A program made the translations under genes and the position numbers. Shown one piece after another: positions 1 to 9,050 of a DNA stretch of 64,000 nt. The first letter of the stretch is position 1, and each line of letters begins with the position of its first letter. The DNA is taken from positions 35,896-99,895 of the forward strand of contig JAJRYV010000056.1 in assembly GCA_024275575.1 (NCBI GenBank), in the 5' to 3' direction. A model generated the notes under the pieces. The model saw nothing but the letters and a program-made list of their open reading frames with translations. It searched no databases and had not been told where the DNA came from. Source of the DNA: a bacterium (lineage in GTDB: Bacteria > Zhuqueibacterota > Zhuqueibacteria > Zhuqueibacterales > Geothermadaptataceae).

Positions 1-485
1 AGATCGATCAAATCCAGCCCCGGATTTGACGGTGTTTCGATGAATAACATGCGGGTATTTGGCTGAATTCGCTCATCCCACCCACCCTGATCTGCAGCGT
101 CGACATAAGTGCAGGAGATGCCCCAGCGCGGTAGAATTTGGGTAAAAATCTGATGGGTTGAACCGAAGAGTGAGCGGCAGGCGAGAATGTGATCGGCGGA
201 TTTCAGCAGGGGCGCCACGACGCCAAAAATCGCTGCCATACCGGTGGCATAGGCGACACCGTCCTGCGCATTTTCCAGCTCCACCATTTTGTCGATAAAC
301 TCACTGGTATTCGGATTGGAAAATCGTGAATATATGTTGCCGGCGACTTCTTCGGCGAACATTGCCCTGCCCGCTTCCGCGCTGTCAAAAGTAAATCCGG
401 AAGTGAGAAACAAGGGCGTCGAATGCTCGCGCAAAGGGGTTTTTTCAACCCGGGTTCGAATGGCTTTGGTTTCTTTTTTTGCCAA
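1..485 (-). CDS. O-succinyl/O-acetylhomoserine sulfhydrylase-type PLP enzyme (Cys/Met metabolism family); N-terminal part only, gene runs off the left edge
   Basis: Absent from the ORF track because it has no stop inside the window. My reverse-strand translation from TTG (485-483) reads (M)AKKETKAIRTRVEKTPLREHSTPLFLTSGFTFDSAEAGRAMFAEEVAGNIYSRFSNPNTSEFIDKMVELENAQDGVAYATGMAAIFG...MLFIETPSNPGLDLIDL. The LTSxFxF, GNxYSRxxNPN, tGMaAi and ETPxNP blocks are canonical for MetZ/MetY/MetB. An in-frame TGA lies just upstream of the TTG. The listed 81-aa ORF 203..448 is an out-of-frame shadow. Confidence 0.8.
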   Translation of the reverse strand, partial: MAKKETKAIRTRVEKTPLREHSTPLFLTSGFTFDSAEAGRAMFAEEVAGNIYSRFSNPNTSEFIDKMVELENAQDGVAYATGMAAIFGVVAPLLKSADHILACRSLFGSTHQIFTQILPRWGISCTYVDAADQGGWDERIQPNTRMLFIETPSNPGLDLID

Positions 486-543
486 TTGACGATCTCACGT
501 TCGAATTCTGGGATGAATTTAAAAATCGCTCATTCGATTTGCT

Positions 544-1839
544 TTAATAGAGCACCGCACTGCAAAAGCTGACAACAGACTGCTTGTCGTCCATGATGCC
601 GTTATCATATCGCAGAATTTTTCCTTCGCCGGCATGGATGGTTTGCAGCAAGGTGTAAACCGGTGCGAAACCGCAAATCCGGTATTTGTCCTCAATCCGA
701 GCGATAGAATTCACCCAGCCGGTTGCGTCAGCGGTTTTGACATTTTCCAATGCCGACATATCCGCGCTTTTTACCTGTGCGAGAAATTTCTCATCCGGGA
801 TTATATCATCGCCGTATCGCGGCCCAACGTGGGCCAGGTCGACACTTGCGAGAACCGTGACTTTGCCCTTATAAGCTGCAATGGTCGTTTTCAATGCCCG
901 GATAAAATCGGCAATCATTTCCTGCTCGGCCTCAAAGAGTGGATTTTCCAGAACCTGAAAACCAAAGGAAGCAAGCACGGGCACAATCTTGAATGATTTC
1001 CCGGCCAGCGCCTGTTGCAAAAAAATTAGTTGAAACTCGATTGTATGTTCAGTTTTATGCGGCAAGACCTCGCTGAAAAAATCATGGTTTGTATTTTTTG
1101 CCACATTTTGAATAAATGTTTTATCGCTTTCGACCCGGCCCAGCGGCGTTTCAAAATCGATGGGCAAAACAGAATAAATATTTTGCAGGCCGGAATGCCC
1201 GGTACCGATAATGATGTAGAGATCGGCAGCCGGCGATTCAGCCAATATTTTGTAGGCATGACTGTAGGTAGTCCCGCCAATGCGCAAATCGATATGCGGG
1301 GCGATTAAACCCGCGGGAGTAGGACGGCCATTGACCGCACCCGGCAAACCGGCGCCTTCAGTATAAAACTCCTGCAGGGTTGCGCGCAACTCCTTTTCAT
1401 CTTTCGGATAACTGGCACCGGCATAGCGTGCCGGCCGGATACCTGAGGCTAAAAAATCCTGTTCCATTTTTTTTCTGACGGCTGAAAAATGATCATTTTC
1501 CAGAAACAACTTTTCATCCAATTGCGCAATGAGTTGCTCAATTTCACTTTTCTGAACATTCAGATGGGCATTCTGCTGTAAAAACTGCAGGATGGTATCG
1601 ATATCATGTTCACCATTAAAATACTGCAGAACGTAAACTGCAGCGTTGCTGAGCACAACTGTTTCTGTGGCAATACCGGCAGGATCACGCAGGGCGATCA
1701 TCCGACCATCCTCAGTTTCGACCGGAAAAGCATCGACATTTCGCAGCCTGGGGTTCGTCTCCATTAAAGAAATCCTTTCCTGAGCAATGAGGCTTTTTAA
1801 TAACAAAAGAAATAATAAAAATATTGCTGTCTTTTTCAT
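544..1839 (-). CDS. MEMO1 / AmmeMemoRadiSam-system-protein-B family protein with signal peptide and ~110-aa N-terminal extension
   Basis: MKKTAIFLLFLLLLKSLIAQE looks like a signal peptide; the ATG at 1839 is preferred over the GTG at 1854. The C-terminal ~290 aa show MEMO hallmarks: RPARYAGASYP, LIAPHIDLRIGG, IIIGTGH, KTEHTIEFQLIFLQ, ASVDLAHVGPRYGD, ICGFAP. The N-terminal extension resembles a PqqD/RRE-like fold (see findings). Confidence 0.75.
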   Translation of the reverse strand: MKKTAIFLLFLLLLKSLIAQERISLMETNPRLRNVDAFPVETEDGRMIALRDPAGIATETVVLSNAAVYVLQYFNGEHDIDTILQFLQQNAHLNVQKSEIEQLIAQLDEKLFLENDHFSAVRKKMEQDFLASGIRPARYAGASYPKDEKELRATLQEFYTEGAGLPGAVNGRPTPAGLIAPHIDLRIGGTTYSHAYKILAESPAADLYIIIGTGHSGLQNIYSVLPIDFETPLGRVESDKTFIQNVAKNTNHDFFSEVLPHKTEHTIEFQLIFLQQALAGKSFKIVPVLASFGFQVLENPLFEAEQEMIADFIRALKTTIAAYKGKVTVLASVDLAHVGPRYGDDIIPDEKFLAQVKSADMSALENVKTADATGWVNSIARIEDKYRICGFAPVYTLLQTIHAGEGKILRYDNGIMDDKQSVVSFCSAVLY

Positions 1840-2239
1840 ATTAAAACAGAGCACGTATAATTTTCACACCGCTTGTTGAGTTCTCCCCCGTTCCAAAGTA
1901 TCAAATCTGCTAATTGTATAAAATAAAAAACTACAGAGAAGTTGCGGGTTTTGAAAAAAACAAAAACTTTCCCGATATAAACGGTAACAATTTACAAATT
2001 TTGGCAAAAAAATGCTGTAAATTTTTTCATTTATTAAAAATTCGGTTCGATTCTTTAATATGCCATCAACTTTTAATTAAAATCAATCCGAATACTGCAA
2101 ACAGCATAATTCGTCGTTATATAAAACAAAAAAATAATTTTCATCATGATTCATAATTCAAGCAAAATTTACATTGATAAAAATTAAAATTTTAATTAAT
2201 TACAGGCTGGTCTTCATCTAAAAACAATTAAATAAATTT

Positions 2240-2259
2240 ATGGATTTTACAAAATCCAT
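2240..2259. promoter_or_regulatory. Perfect 9-bp-arm palindrome ATGGATTTT-AC-AAAATCCAT, candidate LysR-type operator
   Basis: Read directly from the sequence. It lies 86-105 nt upstream of the LysR ATG (2345), inside the 490-bp AT-rich divergent spacer shared with the MEMO-family gene. The dyad fits the T-N11-A logic of LTTR boxes. Confidence 0.4.
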
Positions 2260-2344
2260 TGTTTTTAAAAAAAGTAATAATATATTATAACTGGTGACAA
2301 CCAAATTAATAAATCTTATGTAATTTGATATCATTGGAATTAAA

Positions 2345-3235
2345 ATGCAAATCCGGACATTAAAAACATTTTGTGACGTTGTGGAGCTTCATTCTTTTTC
2401 AGAAGCCGCAAAAATCAACCACTTGACTCAATCTGCCGTGAGTCAGCAAATCAGTCATATCGAGAATGAATTCGGCGTACGCATGATTGAGCGAGCTCAG
2501 AGAAATCTGGCACTCACACCGGCAGGTGAAGTTTTCTATCGCACATGTAAAGATATCTTGCAATTATTGGAAGCCTCGCGTGTTGAAATCAATGAATTGG
2601 CCAACGTCATCGCCGGGACGATCAAACTCGAAAGTATTTATACGATTGGTTTACACGACCTGCCGATGTACGTCCAAAAATTCATGTCAAAATTTACAGA
2701 AGTCAAAGTGCTGTTAACTTACCGGCATTCCGCAGAAATTTATCAGGACATCCTGGGCAATATGGCCCACCTCGGCGTTGTCGCTGAACCACAAAAAAAC
2801 CGCCAGCTCGATATTCACCCCTGCTGGAAACAGAAAATGGTCGTTGTCGCTGCCCCCTCGCACAAATTGGGTTCGCGTGATGTCATCAATATCAACGAAT
2901 TAAATGACGAAGCGTTCATCGCATTTGAACGTAATATTCCGACGCGGAAACTGCTCGATAAAATCTTGCGGAAAAACAATGTTCAGCCGAAAATCACCAT
3001 GACGCTCGACAATGTTGAAACCATCAAACGAATTGTTGAAAACGGCACCGGCTTGTCGATCGTACCGGAAAATTCCATTCGTGAAGAAATGAAACGCGGT
3101 CTGCTCAAAGCACTGCAATTAGAAGGTATTTCCATCGAAAGGGAGATTGCCATTATCGCGAAAAAAGGACGTATTCTTTCGAACGCAGAAAACAAGTTCA
3201 TCGAATTACTGCGCGATGAGTTTGGCCCCCGTTAG
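2345..3235 (+). CDS. LysR-family transcriptional regulator
   Basis: N-terminal winged HTH (FSEAAKINHLTQSAVSQQISHIENEFGVRMIER) followed by a typical LysR substrate-binding domain; 296 aa. Confidence 0.9.
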   Translation: MQIRTLKTFCDVVELHSFSEAAKINHLTQSAVSQQISHIENEFGVRMIERAQRNLALTPAGEVFYRTCKDILQLLEASRVEINELANVIAGTIKLESIYTIGLHDLPMYVQKFMSKFTEVKVLLTYRHSAEIYQDILGNMAHLGVVAEPQKNRQLDIHPCWKQKMVVVAAPSHKLGSRDVININELNDEAFIAFERNIPTRKLLDKILRKNNVQPKITMTLDNVETIKRIVENGTGLSIVPENSIREEMKRGLLKALQLEGISIEREIAIIAKKGRILSNAENKFIELLRDEFGPR

Positions 3236-3293
3236 GAATAATTTTATATCTTAAAAAAAATTAATCGACAGCTCTGCAATTTTCGCATAAACG

Positions 3294-3321
3294 GCCATTC
3301 TGTTTTGGAATGGCTTTTTTT
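3294..3321 (+). terminator. Rho-independent terminator after the LysR gene
   Basis: GCCATTC-tgttttg-GAATGGC stem-loop followed by T7. Confidence 0.7.
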
Positions 3322-3367
3322 ATAAATAATTCAGGTTAGCCAAAACGTAAAAGTGAATATTACCGTA

Positions 3368-4750
3368 ATGAAATTCGGCGGGACATCCATGGGTTCCGCT
3401 GCTGCCATCAAACAATGCGCCGACATTGTCATCCGCCATGCAAAATCCGAAAATATAATCGCCGTCGTTTCCGCAATGCAGGGTGTGACAGACATATTGG
3501 TACAATCCGTTGAACAGGCGGCTGCCGGGGAAGGCAGGCATTTTAAAAACAATGCCGAAGTGCTGCGCCGGCGTCATTTTGAGACCGTCGCCGGATTAAA
3601 CCTGCGGGACCCCGGTATCGAAATAAAAAGAGCCATCGAAGAAAATATTGTCGAATTTGTTACGCTTTGCCATGCCGTGCATGTGCTCGGCGAAGTCACG
3701 CCCCGAGCTCTCGACGCTGTGGTTGCTCTCGGCGAACGCATGAGTGTTCATCTGCTTGCTGCGGCAATTTGCCAATCGGGGCAACAATCTGTCGCCGTTG
3801 ATTCCGGCGATTTTCTCATAACAGATGACCATTTTCAGCATGCCAACCCTGATTTCATCATGGCAAAAAAGAAGGCGTTACAAAAGCTGCTGCCACTGCT
3901 CAAAAAAAATATTATTCCGGTGGTGACGGGATTTATCGGCAAGACAAAAGATAACGTCACAACTACACTTGGCCGCGGTGGCAGCGATTATTCCGCTGCG
4001 ATCATCGGCAATATACTCAACTCAAAAAAAGTGACCATCTGGACGGATGTCACCGGTGTGATGAGCACTGATCCACGGATTGATGCGACAGCCCGGACAA
4101 TTCCGAGGCTGATTTACCGCGAGGTCGCTGAGCTGGCCTATTTCGGTGCAAAAGTACTACACCCCAAATGCATTCGCCCGGCGCTGGAAAACGGCGCTGA
4201 GCTCCGGGTTAAAAACACATTTGCCCCGGATGAAGCAGGCACTGAAATCGTGCCGGATATGCAACAGCCGCCGGGCACGATCCGCGCGGTCACCTCGATT
4301 CCCAATTTGAGTCTGATCACCATCGCCGGCACCGGCATGCTGGGCATCCCTGGTGTGGCTGCACGCGCCTTCGCCGCCACAGCAAAAAGCAAAACCAATA
4401 TTTTGATGATTTCACAGGCTTCATCCGAGCAGAGCATATGCTTTCTGGTGAAAGAAAAAAAAGCCGAACGAGTCATCGCTCTGCTGAAGCTGGAGTTTGC
4501 GCAGGAACTCAAAAACCGTGATATCGACGCGATCACCAGCACCACCGAAGTGGTCATCATCACTGCTGTCGGTGCGGGCATGCAATACACACCAGGTGTC
4601 GCGGGCCAGGTTTTTTCAGTCCTCGGCAAAAATAAAATCAACGTCATCGCTATCGCTCAGGGGTCTTCCGAGTGCAGTATTTCATTTGTCGTCAGCATGG
4701 AAGATGAAAAAAAAGCTGTCCACTGCATTCACAGTTTGACGCAAAATTGA
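3368..4750 (+). CDS. lysC: Aspartate kinase (monofunctional, two C-terminal ACT domains)
   Basis: MKFGGTSMGS N-terminus, GRGGSDYSAA motif and a C-terminal ACT-like duplication. The ORF opens at GTG 3353, but the ATG at 3368 gives the canonical MKFGGTS start. Confidence 0.9.
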   Translation: MKFGGTSMGSAAAIKQCADIVIRHAKSENIIAVVSAMQGVTDILVQSVEQAAAGEGRHFKNNAEVLRRRHFETVAGLNLRDPGIEIKRAIEENIVEFVTLCHAVHVLGEVTPRALDAVVALGERMSVHLLAAAICQSGQQSVAVDSGDFLITDDHFQHANPDFIMAKKKALQKLLPLLKKNIIPVVTGFIGKTKDNVTTTLGRGGSDYSAAIIGNILNSKKVTIWTDVTGVMSTDPRIDATARTIPRLIYREVAELAYFGAKVLHPKCIRPALENGAELRVKNTFAPDEAGTEIVPDMQQPPGTIRAVTSIPNLSLITIAGTGMLGIPGVAARAFAATAKSKTNILMISQASSEQSICFLVKEKKAERVIALLKLEFAQELKNRDIDAITSTTEVVIITAVGAGMQYTPGVAGQVFSVLGKNKINVIAIAQGSSECSISFVVSMEDEKKAVHCIHSLTQN

Positions 4751-4934
4751 ATGATGGATTGCGGATATCATTTTGCAAAGCATACTTCAACTGAACCCGA
4801 AAAACGGATAAACACAGACCTGTCAAAACTCGAAAGGAAAAAAATGAATAAAAATCTATTCTGGCAATGCTGGGCTGCGACCCTGATTTCACTCTCGATT
4901 TTATCTGCAATAATCAGCCTGCTGAGCATTTGAT

Positions 4935-5309
4935 TTGTCAATTGTCAAAAATAAAATACTGCGAATATGCGCTCTGCTTTTTGTGATGTTTCATATTTTG
5001 GAAGCAAGCGATCTCGCACCGGCAATTCTCGCTGCCTACCTCGATGATTTTCTTTGTTTACCGCTGCTGCTTTCCGCTATTTTACTGCTGCAGCAGCGAT
5101 TCATCGTGCACAACGTCGAATTCAGCTTGCCGCCGGCACAGGTGGTTTTTTCCCTCATCTATATCAGCATTTTGTTCGAAATCATTCTGCCGAATTTTTC
5201 TGAAAAATTCAACGCCGACCCTTTTGATTTTTTCGCTTATGCAGCCGGTGCGCTGCTCTTTTATTTTTTTATTAACAAAAATCTCCTCCCGGCTACCCGA
5301 TCAATCTAA
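4935..5309 (+). CDS. Small multi-pass membrane protein (about 4 TM), function unknown
   Basis: 124 aa with a TTG start and strongly hydrophobic segments (ICALLFVMFHIL, LCLPLLLSAILLL, VVFSLIYISILFEIIL, FFAYAAGALLFYFFI). No catalytic motif recognised. Confidence 0.5.
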   Translation: MSIVKNKILRICALLFVMFHILEASDLAPAILAAYLDDFLCLPLLLSAILLLQQRFIVHNVEFSLPPAQVVFSLIYISILFEIILPNFSEKFNADPFDFFAYAAGALLFYFFINKNLLPATRSI

Positions 5310-5500
5310 AAATAACCCAGCATGCGCCTTGCGGAAATACAATATATTTTCAAGTTGAACTCAGGCGTCGTTGACATATTCCCTTTGCCACCAAGTCATA
5401 TTCCCATTACAAATGTATTGCTTTTTTAACGATTCTTGTTTAATATTAGCTTTCCTGTTCAAATATAGCAAATCTAATATTTTCAATCACATGGTTCATT

Positions 5501-7051
5501 ATGCCACACACGAAAAAACTTGAAGAACTACACAAAAAGAAGAATTCGGCCCACGAAGGCGGCGGCGCAAAGCGAATAGCATCGCAACATAAAAAAGGAA
5601 AATTAACCGCCCGGGAACGCCTCGATGTGTTGCTGGACAAAGGCAGCTTTCACGAACTTGATATGCTGGTGCGGCATCGGTCCAACAGTTTCGGACTGGA
5701 GAAACAAAAGTATTACGGTGATGGCGTCGTCACCGGTTACGGCCGTATCGACGGTCGTCTCGTGTATGTTTTTTCGCAAGATTTTACTGTTTTTGGCGGT
5801 TCACTTTCAGAAGCGCACGGTGAAAAGATATGCAAGATTATGGATTTGGCGCTGAAAAACGGCGCACCGGTAATCGGCATCAACGATTCGGGGGGTGCGC
5901 GAATTCAGGAGGGGGTTGCCAGTCTCGGAGCCTATGCAGAAATTTTTCTGCGTAACACCCTGGCCTCCGGTGTGGTGCCGCAAATTTCGGCGGTTGTCGG
6001 GCCTTGTGCCGGCGGCGCTGTATACTCGCCGGCGATTACAGATTTTATTTTTATGGTGGATAAAACGAGTCACATGTTCGTAACCGGCCCCAACGTCGTC
6101 AAAACCGTGACCCACGAAAACGTCACTTTTGACGAATTGGGTGGCGCCTCAACACACGCACAGAAAAGCGGCGTCGCTCATTTTAATGAAAAAAGTGAAG
6201 TCAATTGCCTGCAGAACATCCGCAAACTGATGGGATTCATTCCGCAGAATAATGCTGAAGACCCGCCGGAGCAGCAATCCGGAGATGCTCCTGACCGTAT
6301 CGCGACTCAATTGAACTCATTCGTTCCCACTTCGGCGACCTCACCGTATGATATGAAAGAAATCATCAAAACGGTTATCGATGACGGTGAGTTTATGGAA
6401 GTGCATGAAGAATATGCCGGCAATATCATCATCGGTTTTGCACGATTTGCATGGAAACCGGTGGGGATCATCGCCAACCAGCCGATGATGCTTGCCGGTG
6501 TTCTCAATATCAACGCTTCGGTGAAAGCAGCCCGCTTCGTACGTTTTTGCGATGCTTTCAACATTCCGCTGGTCACATTTGTCGATGTGCCGGGATTTTT
6601 GCCGGGAACAGAGCAGGAATGGCAGGGCATCATTCGCCACGGCGCAAAACTGCTCTATGCCTATTGTGAAGCAACCGTTCCAAAAATCACCCTAATCACC
6701 CGCAAGGCTTACGGCGGCGCCTATGATGTTATGAGTTCGAAACACATTCGCGGCGATATCAATCTGGCCTGGCCCACCGCCGAAATTGCCGTTATGGGCC
6801 CCAAAGGAGCAGTAGAAATTATCTTTAAAAAAGAACTCGAAAAATCAAAGGACCCGGAAGCATTGCTGCAGCAACGCACCGAGGAATACGGCGAAACCTT
6901 TGCCAACCCATACATCGCAGCCGAACGCGGTTATATCGATGACGTCATCGAACCTGCACAGACGCGACCGGAAATAATTTCAGCGCTTCAAATGCTTGAA
7001 AATAAAGTCGATACAAATCCGAAACGGAAACACGGCAATATCCCTCTGTAA
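5501..7051 (+). CDS. Acyl-CoA carboxylase carboxyltransferase (beta) subunit, propionyl-CoA carboxylase / methylmalonyl-CoA decarboxylase type
   Basis: 516 aa: [90 protein letters not shown]. Canonical PccB/MmdA family. Confidence 0.9.
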   Translation: MPHTKKLEELHKKKNSAHEGGGAKRIASQHKKGKLTARERLDVLLDKGSFHELDMLVRHRSNSFGLEKQKYYGDGVVTGYGRIDGRLVYVFSQDFTVFGGSLSEAHGEKICKIMDLALKNGAPVIGINDSGGARIQEGVASLGAYAEIFLRNTLASGVVPQISAVVGPCAGGAVYSPAITDFIFMVDKTSHMFVTGPNVVKTVTHENVTFDELGGASTHAQKSGVAHFNEKSEVNCLQNIRKLMGFIPQNNAEDPPEQQSGDAPDRIATQLNSFVPTSATSPYDMKEIIKTVIDDGEFMEVHEEYAGNIIIGFARFAWKPVGIIANQPMMLAGVLNINASVKAARFVRFCDAFNIPLVTFVDVPGFLPGTEQEWQGIIRHGAKLLYAYCEATVPKITLITRKAYGGAYDVMSSKHIRGDINLAWPTAEIAVMGPKGAVEIIFKKELEKSKDPEALLQQRTEEYGETFANPYIAAERGYIDDVIEPAQTRPEIISALQMLENKVDTNPKRKHGNIPL

Positions 7052-7089
7052 TCAATACACAACCCACAATTATAGATTTTGGTGGCATT

Positions 7090-7434
7090 ATGAATTTTAA
7101 AATTGAAACAATAAACGATATTCACATTCTGCGACTGCATGAATCACGGCTCGACACCAGCGTTGCACCTGAACTGAAAGCCGAACTTATGGTACTGATT
7201 CAGCACGACGCTGAACAAAAAATTCTCATCGATTTAAAAGAAGTCGACTATGCTGACAGCAGCGGTCTCGGTGCAATTCTTTTCGGCATCCGCCAGGCGC
7301 GGGAAAATGACAGCACATTAAAACTGCTGCATATCAATATCCGCGTGATGAGCCTGATCCGGATTGCAAAACTCGATAATATCATCGAGTTTTTCGACGA
7401 TGAGGTCACCGCTCTCGCCAGTTTTGAAGCTTAA
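7090..7434 (+). CDS. STAS-domain protein (anti-sigma-factor antagonist, SpoIIAA/RsbV type)
   Basis: 114 aa. The VDYADSSGLGAILFG block contains the DSSG phospho-serine motif. Typical length and beta-alpha pattern. Confidence 0.8.
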   Translation: MNFKIETINDIHILRLHESRLDTSVAPELKAELMVLIQHDAEQKILIDLKEVDYADSSGLGAILFGIRQARENDSTLKLLHINIRVMSLIRIAKLDNIIEFFDDEVTALASFEA

Positions 7435-7527
7435 AATAAGCAATTCGTGAATCTCCAACCGGCTGGATTTTGCATGCCAATTGCCGAACCGGGATCTCAT
7501 AAAATTTAAAAATTGCAACAGGTTCTC

Positions 7528-9036
7528 ATGTCTTTCATTAAAAAAATTCTCATCGCCAACCGGGGTGAAATCGCCGTTCGTATCATGCGCACCAGTCGTG
7601 AAATGGGGATAAAAACCGTCGCTGTCTACTCCGAAGCCGACAAACACGCCCGGCATGTACAGCTTGCTGACGAAGCTTTTTATATCGGGAAATCCCCGGT
7701 ACACGAGAGTTATCTGCGGCAGGATGCCATTCTGCAAGCTGCGCAAGAAAGTTGTGCCGATGCCATTCATCCGGGTTATGGTTTTCTTTCCGAGAACGCA
7801 GAATTCGCCGAGAAAGTGATTGGCGCCGGTTTAATATTCATCGGCCCGCCTGCGCAAGCCATTCGTCTTATGGGCGATAAAACCGCTGCAAAAAAAATCA
7901 TGCGTAAAGCCGGGGTTCCCGTTATTCCAGGGACGAAAGATGCGATTGCCAATGCCAAAGATGCCTTAAAAAAAGCGGAGGAAATCGGCTGGCCTGTCTT
8001 GCTCAAAGCGGCCGCAGGCGGAGGCGGTAAAGGCATGCGAATCGTCGAAAATGCGGACGAGATGGACAGCCAGTTTGAACGCGCTGCTTCGGAAGCGGAA
8101 ACAGCATTCGGCGACGCACGCATATTCATGGAAAAATACCTGAAAAAACCGCGGCACATCGAATTTCAGATTTTCGTCGATCATTTCGGCCACGCCGTTC
8201 ATTTGTTCGAGCGTGAATGTTCGATTCAGCGGCGGCATCAGAAAGTGATCGAAGAAGCGCCGTCGAGTGTGCTCGATGATCGATTGCGACAAAAAATGGG
8301 AGCGGTTGCCACCCAGGCCGCACTCGCCTGCAATTACACCAATGCCGGCACAGTGGAATTTCTAATCGATGAAAACAGAGATTTTTATTTTCTTGAAATG
8401 AATACACGCCTGCAGGTCGAACATCCGGTTACCGAGATGATCACCGGCCTCGACCTCGTGCGTCTGCAGATTGAAACGGCAGGCGGCAAAGCACTGGCAT
8501 TAAAACAAGATGAAATTCAGGCAAACGGCCACGCCATCGAATGCCGGATTTATGCGGAAGACCCGAAAAACAACTTTCTCCCCTACACCGGAGAAATCAC
8601 CCATCTCGAACCGCCGGATGGGCCTGGCATTCGCGAAGATTCAGGTGTTGCCCGCGGTGATGCCGTTTCGATGTTTTACGACCCGATGCTGGCAAAACTT
8701 GTTGCACATGCGCAAAACCGCGAGCAGGCGATCGCCCGCATGCTGCGGGCACTGCACGAATACCGCATCGCCGGGGTGGTGACAACCATTCCATTTTGTG
8801 CCTGGGTGTTAAAACACGAACGTTTCAAACAAGGGACGATCGACACCGGTTTTATCGATCAGGAATTTTTCAGTAAAGAGATCAGTGAAACGCTGGGTTT
8901 TTCCGAGGAAGAAAAAAAGGAAATCGCCATCGCTGCGACACTTTTTGAGCTGACGCAATCCAGCGACCACGAGCGGACAAATTCAAATAAAACCGGCATC
9001 TCCAATTGGCGTCGGCGCAGCTGGAAAAATCTGTAA
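7528..9036 (+). CDS. accC: Biotin carboxylase subunit of acetyl/propionyl-CoA carboxylase
   Basis: KILIANRGEIAVRIMRT, HPGYGFLSEN, KAAAGGGGKGMRIV, EMNTRLQVEHPVTE. The ATG at 7528 is preferred over the TTG at 7513. The ~55-aa C-terminal tail has no biotinyl (AMKM) motif. Confidence 0.9.
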   Translation: MSFIKKILIANRGEIAVRIMRTSREMGIKTVAVYSEADKHARHVQLADEAFYIGKSPVHESYLRQDAILQAAQESCADAIHPGYGFLSENAEFAEKVIGAGLIFIGPPAQAIRLMGDKTAAKKIMRKAGVPVIPGTKDAIANAKDALKKAEEIGWPVLLKAAAGGGGKGMRIVENADEMDSQFERAASEAETAFGDARIFMEKYLKKPRHIEFQIFVDHFGHAVHLFERECSIQRRHQKVIEEAPSSVLDDRLRQKMGAVATQAALACNYTNAGTVEFLIDENRDFYFLEMNTRLQVEHPVTEMITGLDLVRLQIETAGGKALALKQDEIQANGHAIECRIYAEDPKNNFLPYTGEITHLEPPDGPGIREDSGVARGDAVSMFYDPMLAKLVAHAQNREQAIARMLRALHEYRIAGVVTTIPFCAWVLKHERFKQGTIDTGFIDQEFFSKEISETLGFSEEEKKEIAIAATLFELTQSSDHERTNSNKTGISNWRRRSWKNL

Positions 9037-9050
9037 AAGGCAAAGAATCA

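Noticed and set aside
203-448. 81-aa minus-strand ORF from the track (and 289..489 on the plus strand)
   Set aside because: Both are out-of-frame shadows of the metZ-like gene. The frame carrying the canonical sulfhydrylase motifs is the unlisted one that runs off the window edge.
2044-2053. GGTTCGATTC, a tRNA T-loop-like string
   Set aside because: Flanking bases cannot form the T-stem or an acceptor stem, and no cloverleaf is possible. I found no tRNA, rRNA, tmRNA or RNase P-like sequence elsewhere in the window.
1914-2156. 80-aa ORF in the AT-rich spacer (and 52205..52399, 53304..53486, 43531..43725)
   Set aside because: These are Lys/Asn/Ile-rich products of AT-rich non-coding DNA, with no RBS, no motif and no operon context.
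4751-4933. 60-aa ORF considered as a frameshifted N-terminus of the 4935-5309 membrane protein
   Set aside because: The downstream frame opens only at 4926 (a TGA at 4923-4925), so there is no evidence for a longer ancestral frame. The small ORF may or may not be real, and I cannot support it.
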